From positions 4,334 to 68,333 of the forward strand of contig CALCGD010000268.1 in NCBI GenBank assembly GCA_937900875.1: DNA of 64,000 bases, written 5' to 3'. Source of the stretch: an uncultured Flavobacteriales bacterium (GTDB lineage Bacteria > Bacteroidota > Bacteroidia > UBA10329). Shown here piece by piece: positions 39,256 through 50,200 of this stretch (the first letter of the stretch is position 1; every line of letters begins with the position of its first letter). Under the pieces are notes generated by a model. That model did not search any database and was not told where the DNA came from. It saw only the letters and a list, made by a program, of their open reading frames with translations. The translations under genes and the position numbers were made by a program.

Positions 39256-39738
39256 ATGAAAATCCTCGCCCTATCAATAGCCTTGTTTTTAGCCCCGTTA
39301 CACGAGTTTCATTCGTCTGTAACGCAAGTAGACTACAACGACAAGAATAAGTCGCTAGAGATAACGGTGAGGTTATTTACAGACGATCTATGTATTGCTT
39401 TGGAAAAGACAGGTGCTCCTAATTTGAAATTAGGCACACAAGCCGAGCCACCTTCCGCCAACGAGTATTTGGAAAAATACCTGCAAAAACACCTTCAGTT
39501 TGTGGTAAATGGAAAGCCTGTACAGTTCAAATATTTAGGCAAAGAAGCGCAACTAGACGCAACCTGGTGCTACATAGAAATTGAAAAAGTAAGCAACCTA
39601 AAAAAACTGGAAGTTGAAAACACCGTATTGCTTTCCGATTTTGAGGACCAAACCAATATGGTAAATCTCAACATAAACGGAAGGAAGAAAAGCGGCCTAG
39701 CCAGAAACGGCAATGCTAAGTTGAAGTTTGAACTTTAG
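39256..39738 (+). CDS. Hypothetical secreted protein
   Basis: 160 aa, signal peptide, 1 nt after the upstream stop. Confidence 0.5.
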   Translation: MKILALSIALFLAPLHEFHSSVTQVDYNDKNKSLEITVRLFTDDLCIALEKTGAPNLKLGTQAEPPSANEYLEKYLQKHLQFVVNGKPVQFKYLGKEAQLDATWCYIEIEKVSNLKKLEVENTVLLSDFEDQTNMVNLNINGRKKSGLARNGNAKLKFEL

Positions 39739-40772
39739 AGAACGGTTACAATTTTTTCCCCTCTTTCTACCATTTCACCAATTTTCCAAACCTGCTGATT
39801 TTCTTTTTCGGCCATTTGAAGGAATGTCTTCTCAGATTCATAATCCACGCAAATCAACAAACCACCACTTGTTTGTGGGTCGCAAAGCGTAAAGAGCTGT
39901 TCGCCACCGAGCGTGCTAGATTTAGACGAATATGTGCTGAAGTTTTTCATCGTCATATCGGGGTAGATAAACTGGTCGAGATATGTTTTTAGGTTCTCGA
40001 TTAGAGGAACATCCATGTAATTTATCTGAGCAGAAACACCACTTCCTTCGCAAACTTCAATAAGATGACCCAATAGCCCAAAACCTGTAACATCGGTCAT
40101 GGCAGAAATGCCCGCCAATTCTGAAACAACCCCTCCAAACGAGTTTAGCTGAAGCATCTGTTTTACGGCCCGCTGATGGTCTTTGGCATCCGCCTTACCA
40201 CGTTTTTGGGCAGTGCTTAAAATACCCACCCCCAAAGGTTTGGTTAGATAAAGTAAATCTCCAACCTGGGCTTTGTCGTTGGTTTTAAGATTGGACAGAC
40301 TTACAGAACCGGTTACCGCAAGTCCAAATATTGGCTCAGATGAATCGATGCTGTGCCCTCCTGCCAAAGGAATATTAGCCTGTGCGCAAACAGCCCGTGC
40401 CCCTTCCATTACTTGCTGTGCAATGGCGGTTGGAATTTTACCTACAGGCCACCCAAGAATTGCGATAGCCATCAAAGGCTTTCCGCCCATTGCATAAACA
40501 TCAGATAATGCGTTTGTAGAGGCAATTCCACCAAAACTGAAGGCGTCATCTACAATTGGCATGAAAAAATCTGTGGTGCTAATAATTGCCTGATCGCCAG
40601 CAATTTGATAAACCGCAGCATCGTCTTTTGTGCTGTTTCCAACAAGAAGATCTGTGAATTCTGCAGACTTATTTGGCGTGAAAAGAATCTCCTCCAATAC
40701 TTGTGGCGAAATTTTGCATCCGCAACCTGCGCCATGAGAAAATTGGGTCAGTTTAAACTCTTCCGTGTTCAT
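39735..40772 (-). CDS. selD: Selenide, water dikinase (selenophosphate synthetase), Cys-type
   Basis: N-terminus TQFSHGAGCGCKISP (Cys rather than Sec at the catalytic position); AIR-synthase-like fold. Confidence 0.92.
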   Translation of the reverse strand: MNTEEFKLTQFSHGAGCGCKISPQVLEEILFTPNKSAEFTDLLVGNSTKDDAAVYQIAGDQAIISTTDFFMPIVDDAFSFGGIASTNALSDVYAMGGKPLMAIAILGWPVGKIPTAIAQQVMEGARAVCAQANIPLAGGHSIDSSEPIFGLAVTGSVSLSNLKTNDKAQVGDLLYLTKPLGVGILSTAQKRGKADAKDHQRAVKQMLQLNSFGGVVSELAGISAMTDVTGFGLLGHLIEVCEGSGVSAQINYMDVPLIENLKTYLDQFIYPDMTMKNFSTYSSKSSTLGGEQLFTLCDPQTSGGLLICVDYESEKTFLQMAEKENQQVWKIGEMVERGEKIVTVL

Positions 40773-41833
40773 AGTTTGTGGTAATTTGCTAGGTCTATAA
40801 GTAGACGGGCGTTGGTCTTGGCGACACCGTTAGGGAGTTCGGTTGTTATTGGTTTTCTGTCGAGATATTTGTCCTTGCTAAACGCATAGCGTTTATCGTA
40901 ATAGCGAAGTAAAAGCTCGGTTACCTCGGGTAATTTTGCGTTTTCGAGCAATTCTAAAGCCTCATTCATGTTTTGGCCACCAAGGTTTTGCTGAAGTTTG
41001 CGAATGCTTTTTTCCAACTCAGATTTAGGGGCAGCACCATAGTCATCTACCAATCTTTCCACCCGAAATTCCATCGGAAGATGAATAGCAATTGCCTGTG
41101 CATTTCTCATAGTTGTCCAAAGCGGTTGAGGTAGATACACGCGTCCTATGGTCATCCCCTCACGCTCAATCCATATCCGCTTAGTAAGATCAAGCTTTTG
41201 TAATTTGTGGTGGAGGTTGTTCTGAAATTGCTGAGATGTTGGTTGCTCTGGCAGCCCTATATTCCCGAATGCAGAACCTTTATGATTGGCTAAACCTTCA
41301 AGGTCTAATATTTGCTCACCCTGATCTCTAATAGCGTGAAGAATGTCTGTTTTTCCGCTTCCAGTGGGGCCATCAATTACCAAGAGGTTCTTTAAGTCTA
41401 AAAACCCATTTAGCGCAGCGTTTCTATAAGCTTTGTAGCCACCCTCAAGCAACGTACAATTCAATCCTATTTGTTCAAACAACCAGGCCATACGATTACT
41501 TCGCATTCCCCCTCGCCAGCAATAAACACCTATGGTTCCGTCAACTGCAGCGTCTTTTGCCTTTTGTGCCAAAGCCGCCATCTTCGGACCAACAATTTCA
41601 AGTCCTTTTTCAATGGCATCTTGCTTTCCTTGCTGCTTATAGATGGTTCCAACAATCGCGCGTTCGTCATCTCCAAATAGTGGAATACTAATAGCCCCTG
41701 TTATATGACCCGAAGCAAATTCTCCGGGAGAACGGACGTCTACTAAAGGCGTTCCAGCTGTTGCAAAAAGATAATCTCGGGGTTTGAGGTACTCCATTTT
41801 AGGAGTAGCGAAGCTATCTGTTCTTAAGTACAT
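40769..41833 (-). CDS. selU: tRNA 2-selenouridine synthase (MnmH/SelU/YbbB)
   Basis: Rhodanese domain (DVRSPGEFASGHI) plus P-loop (GPTGSGKT). It overlaps the selD start by 4 nt. Confidence 0.88.
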   Translation of the reverse strand: MYLRTDSFATPKMEYLKPRDYLFATAGTPLVDVRSPGEFASGHITGAISIPLFGDDERAIVGTIYKQQGKQDAIEKGLEIVGPKMAALAQKAKDAAVDGTIGVYCWRGGMRSNRMAWLFEQIGLNCTLLEGGYKAYRNAALNGFLDLKNLLVIDGPTGSGKTDILHAIRDQGEQILDLEGLANHKGSAFGNIGLPEQPTSQQFQNNLHHKLQKLDLTKRIWIEREGMTIGRVYLPQPLWTTMRNAQAIAIHLPMEFRVERLVDDYGAAPKSELEKSIRKLQQNLGGQNMNEALELLENAKLPEVTELLLRYYDKRYAFSKDKYLDRKPITTELPNGVAKTNARLLIDLANYHKL

Positions 41834-41855
41834 CAGTACACTTTTTTGGTAGTAA

Positions 41856-42437
41856 ATGAGTTGTACCTACTTTCCATCGCAAATGATTACCCGAGAACAG
41901 GAACAAGAGCTAATAAGGAAGGCGCAAAAGGATATTAATGCCTTTGGCCCTCTCTATGATGCTCATTTCAGTACAGTTTTCGGATTCATTTTTAAGCGTG
42001 TTCGGAGTCAATCTTTAACAGGAGAGCTGACCTCGCTTGTGTTTGTAAAGGCCATGAATTCCATGTCTAAGTATGTGATTACTGGCGCCCCACTTTCGTC
42101 TTGGCTCATTCAAATCGCGCTAAATGAGGTGCGACAATATCATCGAAGAACTAAAAAGCAGACATCAGTGCCACTTAGCGAGGCTGATTTGGTTTCTGTG
42201 TTGAGTGAATTGGATGACAAACAAGAGAAAGAACGTAACATGGATGCGCTCATTGAGGCGCTTAATAAGCTAGACGATGAAGCATCCATCTACGTAGAAA
42301 TGCGTTTTTTTGAAGGAAGGTCCTTTAAAGAAATGGCAGAGATTTTGAACATATCTGCCGATAATGCCAAGGTGCGGACCTATCGCGCTTTGAACCGATT
42401 ACGAACAATAATGACCAACTTCGGCACAACAAAATGA
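41856..42437 (+). CDS. ECF-subfamily RNA polymerase sigma-70 factor
   Basis: Region 2 (FGFIFKRVRS...) and region 4 HTH (RSFKEMAEILNISADNAKVRTYRALNRLR). Confidence 0.85.
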   Translation: MSCTYFPSQMITREQEQELIRKAQKDINAFGPLYDAHFSTVFGFIFKRVRSQSLTGELTSLVFVKAMNSMSKYVITGAPLSSWLIQIALNEVRQYHRRTKKQTSVPLSEADLVSVLSELDDKQEKERNMDALIEALNKLDDEASIYVEMRFFEGRSFKEMAEILNISADNAKVRTYRALNRLRTIMTNFGTTK

Positions 42438-42658
42438 CGCGTTATCACGCAAATACCGAAACAGAAAAGAAGGGTTCTTTTAACGAAGTTCCGTCTCAAG
42501 ATGAGATGAACAAGTACAAGGACTTTGGCAAGCTGACGCATAATTACCAACGGATGACTAATCCGCTGTACAAACGCCCAATTTATAGATACAGAAAGGG
42601 GTTTCTGGTAATTCTACTTGTTTTGATAGTGCTTTGGCTTGTGCTAGAGTTCGGTTAG
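42434..42658 (+). CDS. Small membrane-anchored protein, candidate minimal anti-sigma factor
   Basis: 74 aa with a cytoplasmic N-terminus plus C-terminal TM (FLVILLVLIVLWLVLEF). It overlaps the sigma factor stop by 4 nt. Confidence 0.5.
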   Translation: MTRYHANTETEKKGSFNEVPSQDEMNKYKDFGKLTHNYQRMTNPLYKRPIYRYRKGFLVILLVLIVLWLVLEFG

Positions 42659-42791
42659 AAATTTTTTTCTGTTCCCTTTTTTAATTCCTGCATTCTATTG
42701 ATAGGACACTGAGAATTCCGGCCGGATATCAGTCCTGAAACACTACGCCAAATGGCGTGGCTAAGGATTGTATTAACCAAACTCTACTATC

Positions 42792-44405
42792 ATGGCTGGA
42801 CAGAAAGAATCTTCAAGACAAAAAATGATCGGGATGATGTATCTCGTTCTTACCGCGCTGCTTGCGCTCAACATTTCGAAAGATATTTTGGATGCATTTG
42901 TAATTGTAAACGAAAGCTTAGCGGCAAGCTCAGAAACTACTGCTAAAAAATTGGATGCTCTGTACTCCGATTTCGATTTGGCAAAGGCCGTTGACCCGAA
43001 AAAAGTCGACAACTATTGGGCACGATCTCGCGAAGCTAGAAGACGAGCTTCCGAACTCAACACGTTTATCGACAGTGTTAAAACCACACTCATATCAAAA
43101 ACAGAAAAAATAGACCGTTCCGTGGCCGATACACTTTCGATGGAGCTCATTGCAAAAAAGGACGATTACGATACGCCCACTAACCTTCTTATTGGCAGTA
43201 AAGAAGACGGATCGAGCGGCTTGGCTAGTAAACTCAAAAACAAAATAGTGGAGTATCAAGACGCAATGAGGGAGTTGTTAAATGAGCAAGACCAAACCTA
43301 TTTCAACGACCGAATTAATGTTGCAGATAGAAAACTAGTCGACAATACATCGACCTGGGAAACCAACAATTTTTACAACACACCATTGGTTGCGTCATTA
43401 GTGATACTCTCCAAGTTACAGATGGATGTGGCGGATGTTGAGTATGATGTGGTGAACAAACTTTACCGTTCGTTTAATCAGAAAGATTTCTTTTTTGACA
43501 CCATTGCCGCAACCGTCTTGCCTCAAAGTAATTACGTTTTGCTAGGGGAGGAATACTCTTCAGACATTATTGTAGCTGCTTATAGCACCACACGGTCACC
43601 AAAAATCAGAGTAGGAAAACTGAATAAAGAGGGTAACGAATTAACCTCGTTGGAAGACACAGTAGCTACCGAAAACGGAAAAGGCCTTTTCAGAAGACGC
43701 GCAACCGCTGAGGGAATTTTCAGCTATCAAGGAATGGTGGATTTGATAGATAGCGAAGGAGAAACTCAGAGCTACCCTTTTCAATCGGAATACATCGTTG
43801 CAAGACCATCACTGGTGGTTTCAGCGACTCAAATGAATGTGCTTTATAAGGGAATAGAAAACCCAGTTGCTATTTCTGTTCCAGGCGTACCGGCAGAAAA
43901 AATTAGGGCAACTATTACCGGGGGGAACACACTGAAAAAAGTAGGTTCTAATTCATACATGGTTCAAATGACACCAAGCTCTCCAAACCAAGTTTTTGTA
44001 AATGTTTCCGCTACAATGGCTGATGGATCAACCAGAGATATGGGTCGAATGGAGTTTCGAGCTAAGCGCTTACCAAAACCATTTTCTGCCATTAATGGGA
44101 AGGAAGGAGCAATCAGAATGTCGCCAAATGAAACCTGCGCTCAACTAGGGCTTTCTGCCAAATACGATTCAAACTTTGCCTTCAATCTATATTGCAACGT
44201 GACCAAATACCGTGTCTTGATAACTGACAACAAAGGTCAAATTGTATTGAATACTGGTTATGATGGCTCTCGCTTTGATGCAAGTTTGAAGAGCAAGCTG
44301 TGTGCGGTAAAGCCAGGTTACAGAATCACTTTCGAAAACATAAAAGCCGTTGGAAGCGATGAGGTGGAACATGAGTTGGCCCCAGTCATAATCATTGTAA
44401 AGTAG
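42792..44405 (+). CDS. gldM: GldM/PorM-family protein (T9SS / gliding motility), stand-alone copy
   Basis: N-terminus MAGQKESSRQKMIGMMYLVLTALLALNISKDILDAF matches the GldM N-terminal TM/signature; about 537 aa, typical of GldM. Confidence 0.8.
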   Translation: MAGQKESSRQKMIGMMYLVLTALLALNISKDILDAFVIVNESLAASSETTAKKLDALYSDFDLAKAVDPKKVDNYWARSREARRRASELNTFIDSVKTTLISKTEKIDRSVADTLSMELIAKKDDYDTPTNLLIGSKEDGSSGLASKLKNKIVEYQDAMRELLNEQDQTYFNDRINVADRKLVDNTSTWETNNFYNTPLVASLVILSKLQMDVADVEYDVVNKLYRSFNQKDFFFDTIAATVLPQSNYVLLGEEYSSDIIVAAYSTTRSPKIRVGKLNKEGNELTSLEDTVATENGKGLFRRRATAEGIFSYQGMVDLIDSEGETQSYPFQSEYIVARPSLVVSATQMNVLYKGIENPVAISVPGVPAEKIRATITGGNTLKKVGSNSYMVQMTPSSPNQVFVNVSATMADGSTRDMGRMEFRAKRLPKPFSAINGKEGAIRMSPNETCAQLGLSAKYDSNFAFNLYCNVTKYRVLITDNKGQIVLNTGYDGSRFDASLKSKLCAVKPGYRITFENIKAVGSDEVEHELAPVIIIVK

Positions 44406-44411
44406 GAAGCG

Positions 44412-45101
44412 ATGAGGCGATTGAAATTGATGGTAGGAAGTCTTCTACTTGCATTAATGATGGTTCAAACTGGGTGTTCTCAAAAGCCACCAGATTATAC
44501 TGAAGTAAAATCTCAAATAGCCGAAAGAAGGGTACAGCTTTGTGCAGCATACAGCAATGAAAAGTGTGACAAGGATTCTGTTGTGCGCTGTGCACAACAG
44601 TTCCTATTCACCACAATGACTGGACAAGTCTTTCCAAGCTGGTATGGGACTAAATGGGATTATAATGGCACGACCGAGGAACCAAGAAAAGGCCACATAG
44701 CCTGTGGGTATTTTGTCACCACCACGCTGCGCGATTTAGGGTTCAACATTCCTCGCGTGCGTTGGGCTCAACTTCCTTCAGAAACCATGATAAAAGAGAT
44801 GACCGAAAGCAGCCAAATAAAGCGGTATCGGTTTGCTGACATCAAACACATTGAAAGCGAAATCCGCACTTGGGGCGAAGGACTTTATGTGGTGGGAATG
44901 GATTCTCACACGGGATTCATTGTCAATATAAACGGCAAATGTCGCTTCGTTCATGCGGATTATTTCAATCCCTCGTTTGGGGTTATTTCGGAAGCTCTAA
45001 ACACGGACAATCCACTTAAGAGTTCGAAATACCGTGTCATTGGAAAGATTCTTACTGACGAAATGGTGCGTAAGTGGCTCGATAATCAGCGTTTTCCTTG
45101 A
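44412..45101 (+). CDS. Hypothetical lipoprotein
   Basis: Lipobox (MMVQTGC); 229 aa; 6 nt after gldM-like. Confidence 0.55.
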   Translation: MRRLKLMVGSLLLALMMVQTGCSQKPPDYTEVKSQIAERRVQLCAAYSNEKCDKDSVVRCAQQFLFTTMTGQVFPSWYGTKWDYNGTTEEPRKGHIACGYFVTTTLRDLGFNIPRVRWAQLPSETMIKEMTESSQIKRYRFADIKHIESEIRTWGEGLYVVGMDSHTGFIVNINGKCRFVHADYFNPSFGVISEALNTDNPLKSSKYRVIGKILTDEMVRKWLDNQRFP

Positions 45102-45144
45102 TTTGAACCAAGCTTTTATTGCGCAATTCTGATTACTTCGTGGC

Positions 45145-47265
45145 ATGCAAAATAAGATAGCTACGGAAGTTGGATGCAAGCCTAGTCAGGTTGCAAGCAC
45201 CTTGAGTTTATTAAACGGTGGTGCCACGGTTCCTTTTATATCGCGGTACCGTAAGGAAGCAACAGGTGGGTTGGATGAGGTTCAAATTGCTCGAATTAAA
45301 GAGTTAGCCGAACGTTATGCAGAATTGGAAAAGCGGAGGGAAACAATACTTGCCTCACTAAAAGAACAGGATGTACTCACGCAAGATTTAAAAACTAAGG
45401 TTGAGGGAGCTGCTACTATACAAGAGTTGGAAGACCTCTACCTGCCGTTTAGACCGAAACGCAAGACGCGAGCATCAATGGCGGTGGAGTTGGGATTGGA
45501 GCCCTTAGCCAAGATTCTGATGGCCCAGAATGAGCGTTTTCCACAACAAGCCGCTCAACGATTTGTGAAAGGAGATGTTGCTTCGGTTGGAGACGCACTC
45601 CAAGGCGCTAGGGACATTATTGCCGAATGGATGAACGAGAACGCGGCTTTGCGGGCGCGTTTACGCCAATTGTTTCTTCGCGAAGCAATGATAAGCTCCA
45701 AACTGGTGAAGGGTAAAGATGATTTAGGGGAGAAATTTCGAGACTATTTTAAGCATGAAGAACAACTTAAACGTATTCCCTCTCATCGTTTTTTAGCCAT
45801 AATGCGTGGCGAGAAAGAAGGGTTTTTAAGAGTCAACATATCTCCTAAGGAGGAAAGCGCATTGCAACTTCTAGAACGCTTTTTTGTCAAAGGTCAAACA
45901 GCCAGCTCTGATGAGGTGAAAACTGCAGCCAAAGACGCATATAAACGCCTTTTGCAACCCTCTTTAGAAACCGAAATGCGTAGTACGTTTAAGCAACAAT
46001 CGGATGAGCAAGCGATTAATGTTTTTGCCGAAAACCTTCGGCAGTTGCTCATGCTTCCACCGCTTGGCGAGAAGCGAGTGTTAGCACTCGACCCTGGTTT
46101 TAAATCGGGATGTAAAGTGGTGTGTTTAAGTGCACAAGGTGATTTGATGCATAACGAAAACATTTATCCACATCCACCTAGAAATGAGCGTTCTCAAGCA
46201 ATGAAAAAGCTTTCAACGCTAGTGGAACAGTACAAAATTGAAGCAATTGCCATCGGAAATGGAACGGCTAGCAGAGAAACGGAAGCGTTGGTGAAAGCCA
46301 TTCATTTTGACAGGAAAGTGCAGGTTTTTGTGGTAAGCGAGGCAGGAGCATCAGTCTACTCGGCAAGCAAAGTAGCAAGAGATGAATTCCCTCAATTTGA
46401 TGTAACCGTCCGCGGTTCTGTTAGTATCGGAAGAAGGCTGATTGACCCGCTTGCAGAGTTGGTGAAAATAGACCCTGCGGCAATTGGAGTTGGTCAGTAT
46501 CAACACGATGTGGATCAAAAGCAATTGCAAGCTTCGCTTAGCCGTGTTACAGAAAGTTGTGTGAATCAGGTTGGCGTAAATCTTAACACGGCTAGTAAGT
46601 TTCTGTTAAGCCACGTGTCCGGGTTGGGGCCACAATTGGCGGATAACATACTAGAGTTCAGGCTACAAAGCGGAACATTTTCATCGCGCGATGAATTAAA
46701 AAGTGTTCCACGATTGGGAGCAAAAGCGTTTGAGCAAGCCGCAGGGTTTCTTCGAATTCCGAATGCGAAAGACCCGTTAGATAACTCTGCGGTCCATCCA
46801 GAGCGCTACGGATTGGTAAAAAAAATGGCCAGGGACTTGAAAGTGACGGTGGCTGACTTGATTGGGAATGAAGCTTTAGTCAACTCAATTAACCTTCCAA
46901 ATTATGTGACTATTGAGGTTGGCTTACCAACGTTACAAGACATTAAAGACGAGTTACTAAAGCCCGGAAGAGACCCACGCAGAATTATTAAAGTTTTTGA
47001 ATTTGAAGCTGGAATAGCGAAAATCACTGACTTAATTCCAGGAATGGAGTTACCCGGTATCGTAACTAATATCACCGCTTTTGGGGCATTTGTAGATGTA
47101 GGTGTTAAGCAAGATGGCTTGGTGCATATTTCGCAATTGGCTGATAGATTCGTGAAAGACCCAACGGAAGTGGTGTCTGTTCATCAGCACGTGCGGGTAA
47201 AAGTGATGGAAGTTGATGCGGCTAGAAAGCGCATCGCTTTTAGCATGAAGGGGCTTAACGAATAA
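45145..47265 (+). CDS. tex: Transcription accessory protein Tex (S1 RNA-binding)
   Basis: N-terminal Tex HTH region (VPFISRYRKEATGGLDE), YqgF/HhH domains, C-terminal S1 domain. Confidence 0.92.
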   Translation: MQNKIATEVGCKPSQVASTLSLLNGGATVPFISRYRKEATGGLDEVQIARIKELAERYAELEKRRETILASLKEQDVLTQDLKTKVEGAATIQELEDLYLPFRPKRKTRASMAVELGLEPLAKILMAQNERFPQQAAQRFVKGDVASVGDALQGARDIIAEWMNENAALRARLRQLFLREAMISSKLVKGKDDLGEKFRDYFKHEEQLKRIPSHRFLAIMRGEKEGFLRVNISPKEESALQLLERFFVKGQTASSDEVKTAAKDAYKRLLQPSLETEMRSTFKQQSDEQAINVFAENLRQLLMLPPLGEKRVLALDPGFKSGCKVVCLSAQGDLMHNENIYPHPPRNERSQAMKKLSTLVEQYKIEAIAIGNGTASRETEALVKAIHFDRKVQVFVVSEAGASVYSASKVARDEFPQFDVTVRGSVSIGRRLIDPLAELVKIDPAAIGVGQYQHDVDQKQLQASLSRVTESCVNQVGVNLNTASKFLLSHVSGLGPQLADNILEFRLQSGTFSSRDELKSVPRLGAKAFEQAAGFLRIPNAKDPLDNSAVHPERYGLVKKMARDLKVTVADLIGNEALVNSINLPNYVTIEVGLPTLQDIKDELLKPGRDPRRIIKVFEFEAGIAKITDLIPGMELPGIVTNITAFGAFVDVGVKQDGLVHISQLADRFVKDPTEVVSVHQHVRVKVMEVDAARKRIAFSMKGLNE

Positions 47266-50200
47266 GCGCTACACGGCCCAGCTTTTTTAAGCCCCGGCCC
47301 CGATAATCTTCATACAAAATTTGGTAGGTGTAAATTCCCGTTTTTACCTCTTTACCTGTTTTTCTGTCTGTTCCGTTCCATCCAACGGTAATGTTGTTGG
47401 TATAAAAAAGCACTTTTCCCCAACGGTCGAAAACACGGAAATCTATGTTGTTAATGTCTTCTCCGTACGCATAGAAAACATCGTTAGCTCTATCCTGATT
47501 GGGTGAAAAAGCGCTCGGAACATAAAGCGTTGTGAAGGGCGCTATGTACACAGAATCTGAGTACGAATCTGGACAACCGAAGCTGTTAAAAGTGGTAAGC
47601 GTAATTACTTGATACCCTGTATCGCTAAAGAAGTAAGACGGGTTTTGCTCGTCAATGAGAGCTGACCCATCTCCATAATCCCAACTCCAAGAGATTGCAT
47701 TTTCACTTAAGTCTTCAAAATGAATGAGTGGCTCAAGAGCTGTTGTGTATGTAGGGTCTGCACTAAACAACGAGTTAGGCGTTGGGTTTACCGTAATGGT
47801 TCCGGAAGCATCATCGGTGCAATTTCCGAGGGTCGCCACCATGGTTACATCAAACGTTCCTTCAGACTGATACAAAACAGAAGGGATTGAATCTGTAGAC
47901 GTTTGCCCATCGCCAAAATTCCAGACGAAAGTGACTCCCGTAAGTGGAGTAGTTAGGTTTTCGAAGAGCAGTGTATCACCAATACAAACCGAATTTCCAG
48001 AAAATGCTGCTGATGGAACTGGCTCAACGTCAAGAGTGGTTTGGTCTGAGTTCAAGCAGCCAAAAGCGTCTGTACCAATTACGGTGTAAGCAGTTGTTGC
48101 AACAGGCGAGGCTGATGGGTTTCCGATTGCCGCATTGTTCAAACCAGTTGCTGGGTCCCAGACGTAAGTTGCTGCACCAGAGGCATTGAATCCAACACTT
48201 TCTCCAGCACAAATAGGACCGTAGTTACCGGCTAAAACTGTCGGTAGATCGTGCACAGTAGCTGTAATGGTTTCGGTGGTTGTGCAGTTAGCATTAGCCA
48301 CCGAATAAGAAAGGGAAAACACTCCAACGCCCGATGTAGCTGGCGAAAATATACCTGTCGGATTAGAGATTCCCGTGCCTGCCCAAGTCCCTCCCGCTGG
48401 TGTAAATCCTGCTAGCGTTTCGTCTGGACTATCAATACAAAGATTAATGTCTGAACCAGGATTAACCGTTGGAGATGTTATGATATTCGTAACAATTGCT
48501 GCACTTGCTAGGCTCGTACAACCATTGTCGGTGGCTTCTACAGTAATGCTGTTACCAGCAACCAATCCAGTTGTGGTCCATGTTTCGGAAGCAGAATTCT
48601 GTACGGAAGTAGCACCATCAAAGAACTCATAATTGTCAAATCCAGACGGGTTGGCCGTGAAGGTTATCGATTCTCCTTGGCAAATTTCATCATCAGGATC
48701 TGAACTGCTTATTGTAACGCTAGGGAAAGGACTAACCACCGTAGTTATAACGGCACTTGCCGCGCTAACACATCCTTCGGCACTGGTTCCAACTACTGTC
48801 ACCCCAGTTCCAGAAACGAGAGTATTGGTTTGATAAAAGTTTGATACGCCAGTTTGAACAGAGGCAAGAGCTTCGAAGAATTCATAATCTGCGAGTCCCA
48901 ATGGCAATGCAGTGAAAATGATATCATCCCCTTCGCAAATACTATCGTTTAAATCTGAGCTGACTAACGTGACTTGAGGAATTGGATTGACTTGCGTAAC
49001 AATTGCGGCACTTTCTGCACTTGGGCAGCCATTATCTGTTGCAATGACAGTGATGCTATTGTTAATTGGAATCGTTCCAAAAAGAATTTCGCTCACTCCG
49101 TTTTGAAGAGACGTACCGCCATTGAAAAACTCGTAATTACCGAGTCCTGCGGGTGATGCTGTAAACGTGATTGTTTCACCTTCGCAAATCTCATTGTCCA
49201 GGTCGTCTGAAGCCAGAGTAACGGTCGGAATTGGATTTACAGTAGGTACAATTGTATCGCTTGGATTCGCAAAACAGCTGCCTACAAATGCTTCTACGTA
49301 AATACTATCTCCTTGCTGAATAGAGGAACTAGTGTAGATGGCAAGCGGACCGTTTTGAACGGATACACCATCAATGAAAAACTCGTAATTGTCGTAAGTG
49401 GCGGGTGTTGCAGTAAACACAATAGGATCTCCTTCGCAAATTGCAGTAGAACTCGCGGTAAGTGTGACATCATAACTATTGAGCTGAACGATTACTTGGG
49501 TTGAGTCCGTAACTGGTCCACAGCATTCTGTTTGCACCGTAACCTTAATCCAATACGTTCCGGGGGTGGTGAAAAACACATCCGAAGTAGTGGTAAGCGC
49601 TGGTCCGGATTCGATGGCAGGATTAGCCGCTGGTCCAAAACTCCAATCGTATTGGGTGCCTGTTAAAGTTGTTGAGAATTGATTAGGGCATCCGACATCA
49701 ACCGTTCCATTTGCAGGAGTTATGGTGGGCAACGTAGGGCCATCGCTAAAAACTTCGATGAAGTCTGTAAATGCAGTTCCACTAAAAGTGATTGTTCTCC
49801 TTCCGTAGGTAGAATAGATAACCGCGAATGGACCACTGCCATTAGCTGTGGCGGGAGTAGCGCCTAATCCGAAATCCCAAGCACCACCACTAGGTGATGT
49901 GAAGGTGATATCTGCGTTAGTACAGCCATAATTATCTACCGAAATGATTGGTGGATTGCCAGGTACTCCTGCAGTTCCATTTGCGCTTATGGGCGTCCCT
50001 CCACCTTGCTCAGAAACGGCTACACTAGGCCCTGCAATTCCTGCTCCTCCAGCCCCGCCTGCACCTCCAGCTCCACCAGCACCTCCAGGTGCGCCATTAC
50101 TTGTACCACAACCAAAACCAGGACCACCAGCCCCTCCGGCCCCTCCAACACCACCTGCTCCGCCTGCCCCACCAGCGCCTCCTGTCCCACCGGGTCCAGG

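Noticed and set aside
42752-42946. 64-aa Cys-rich ORF overlapping the gldM-like start
   Set aside because: It is in a different frame from the strongly supported gldM-like gene. The local palindromes (42690-42770) are more likely regulatory.
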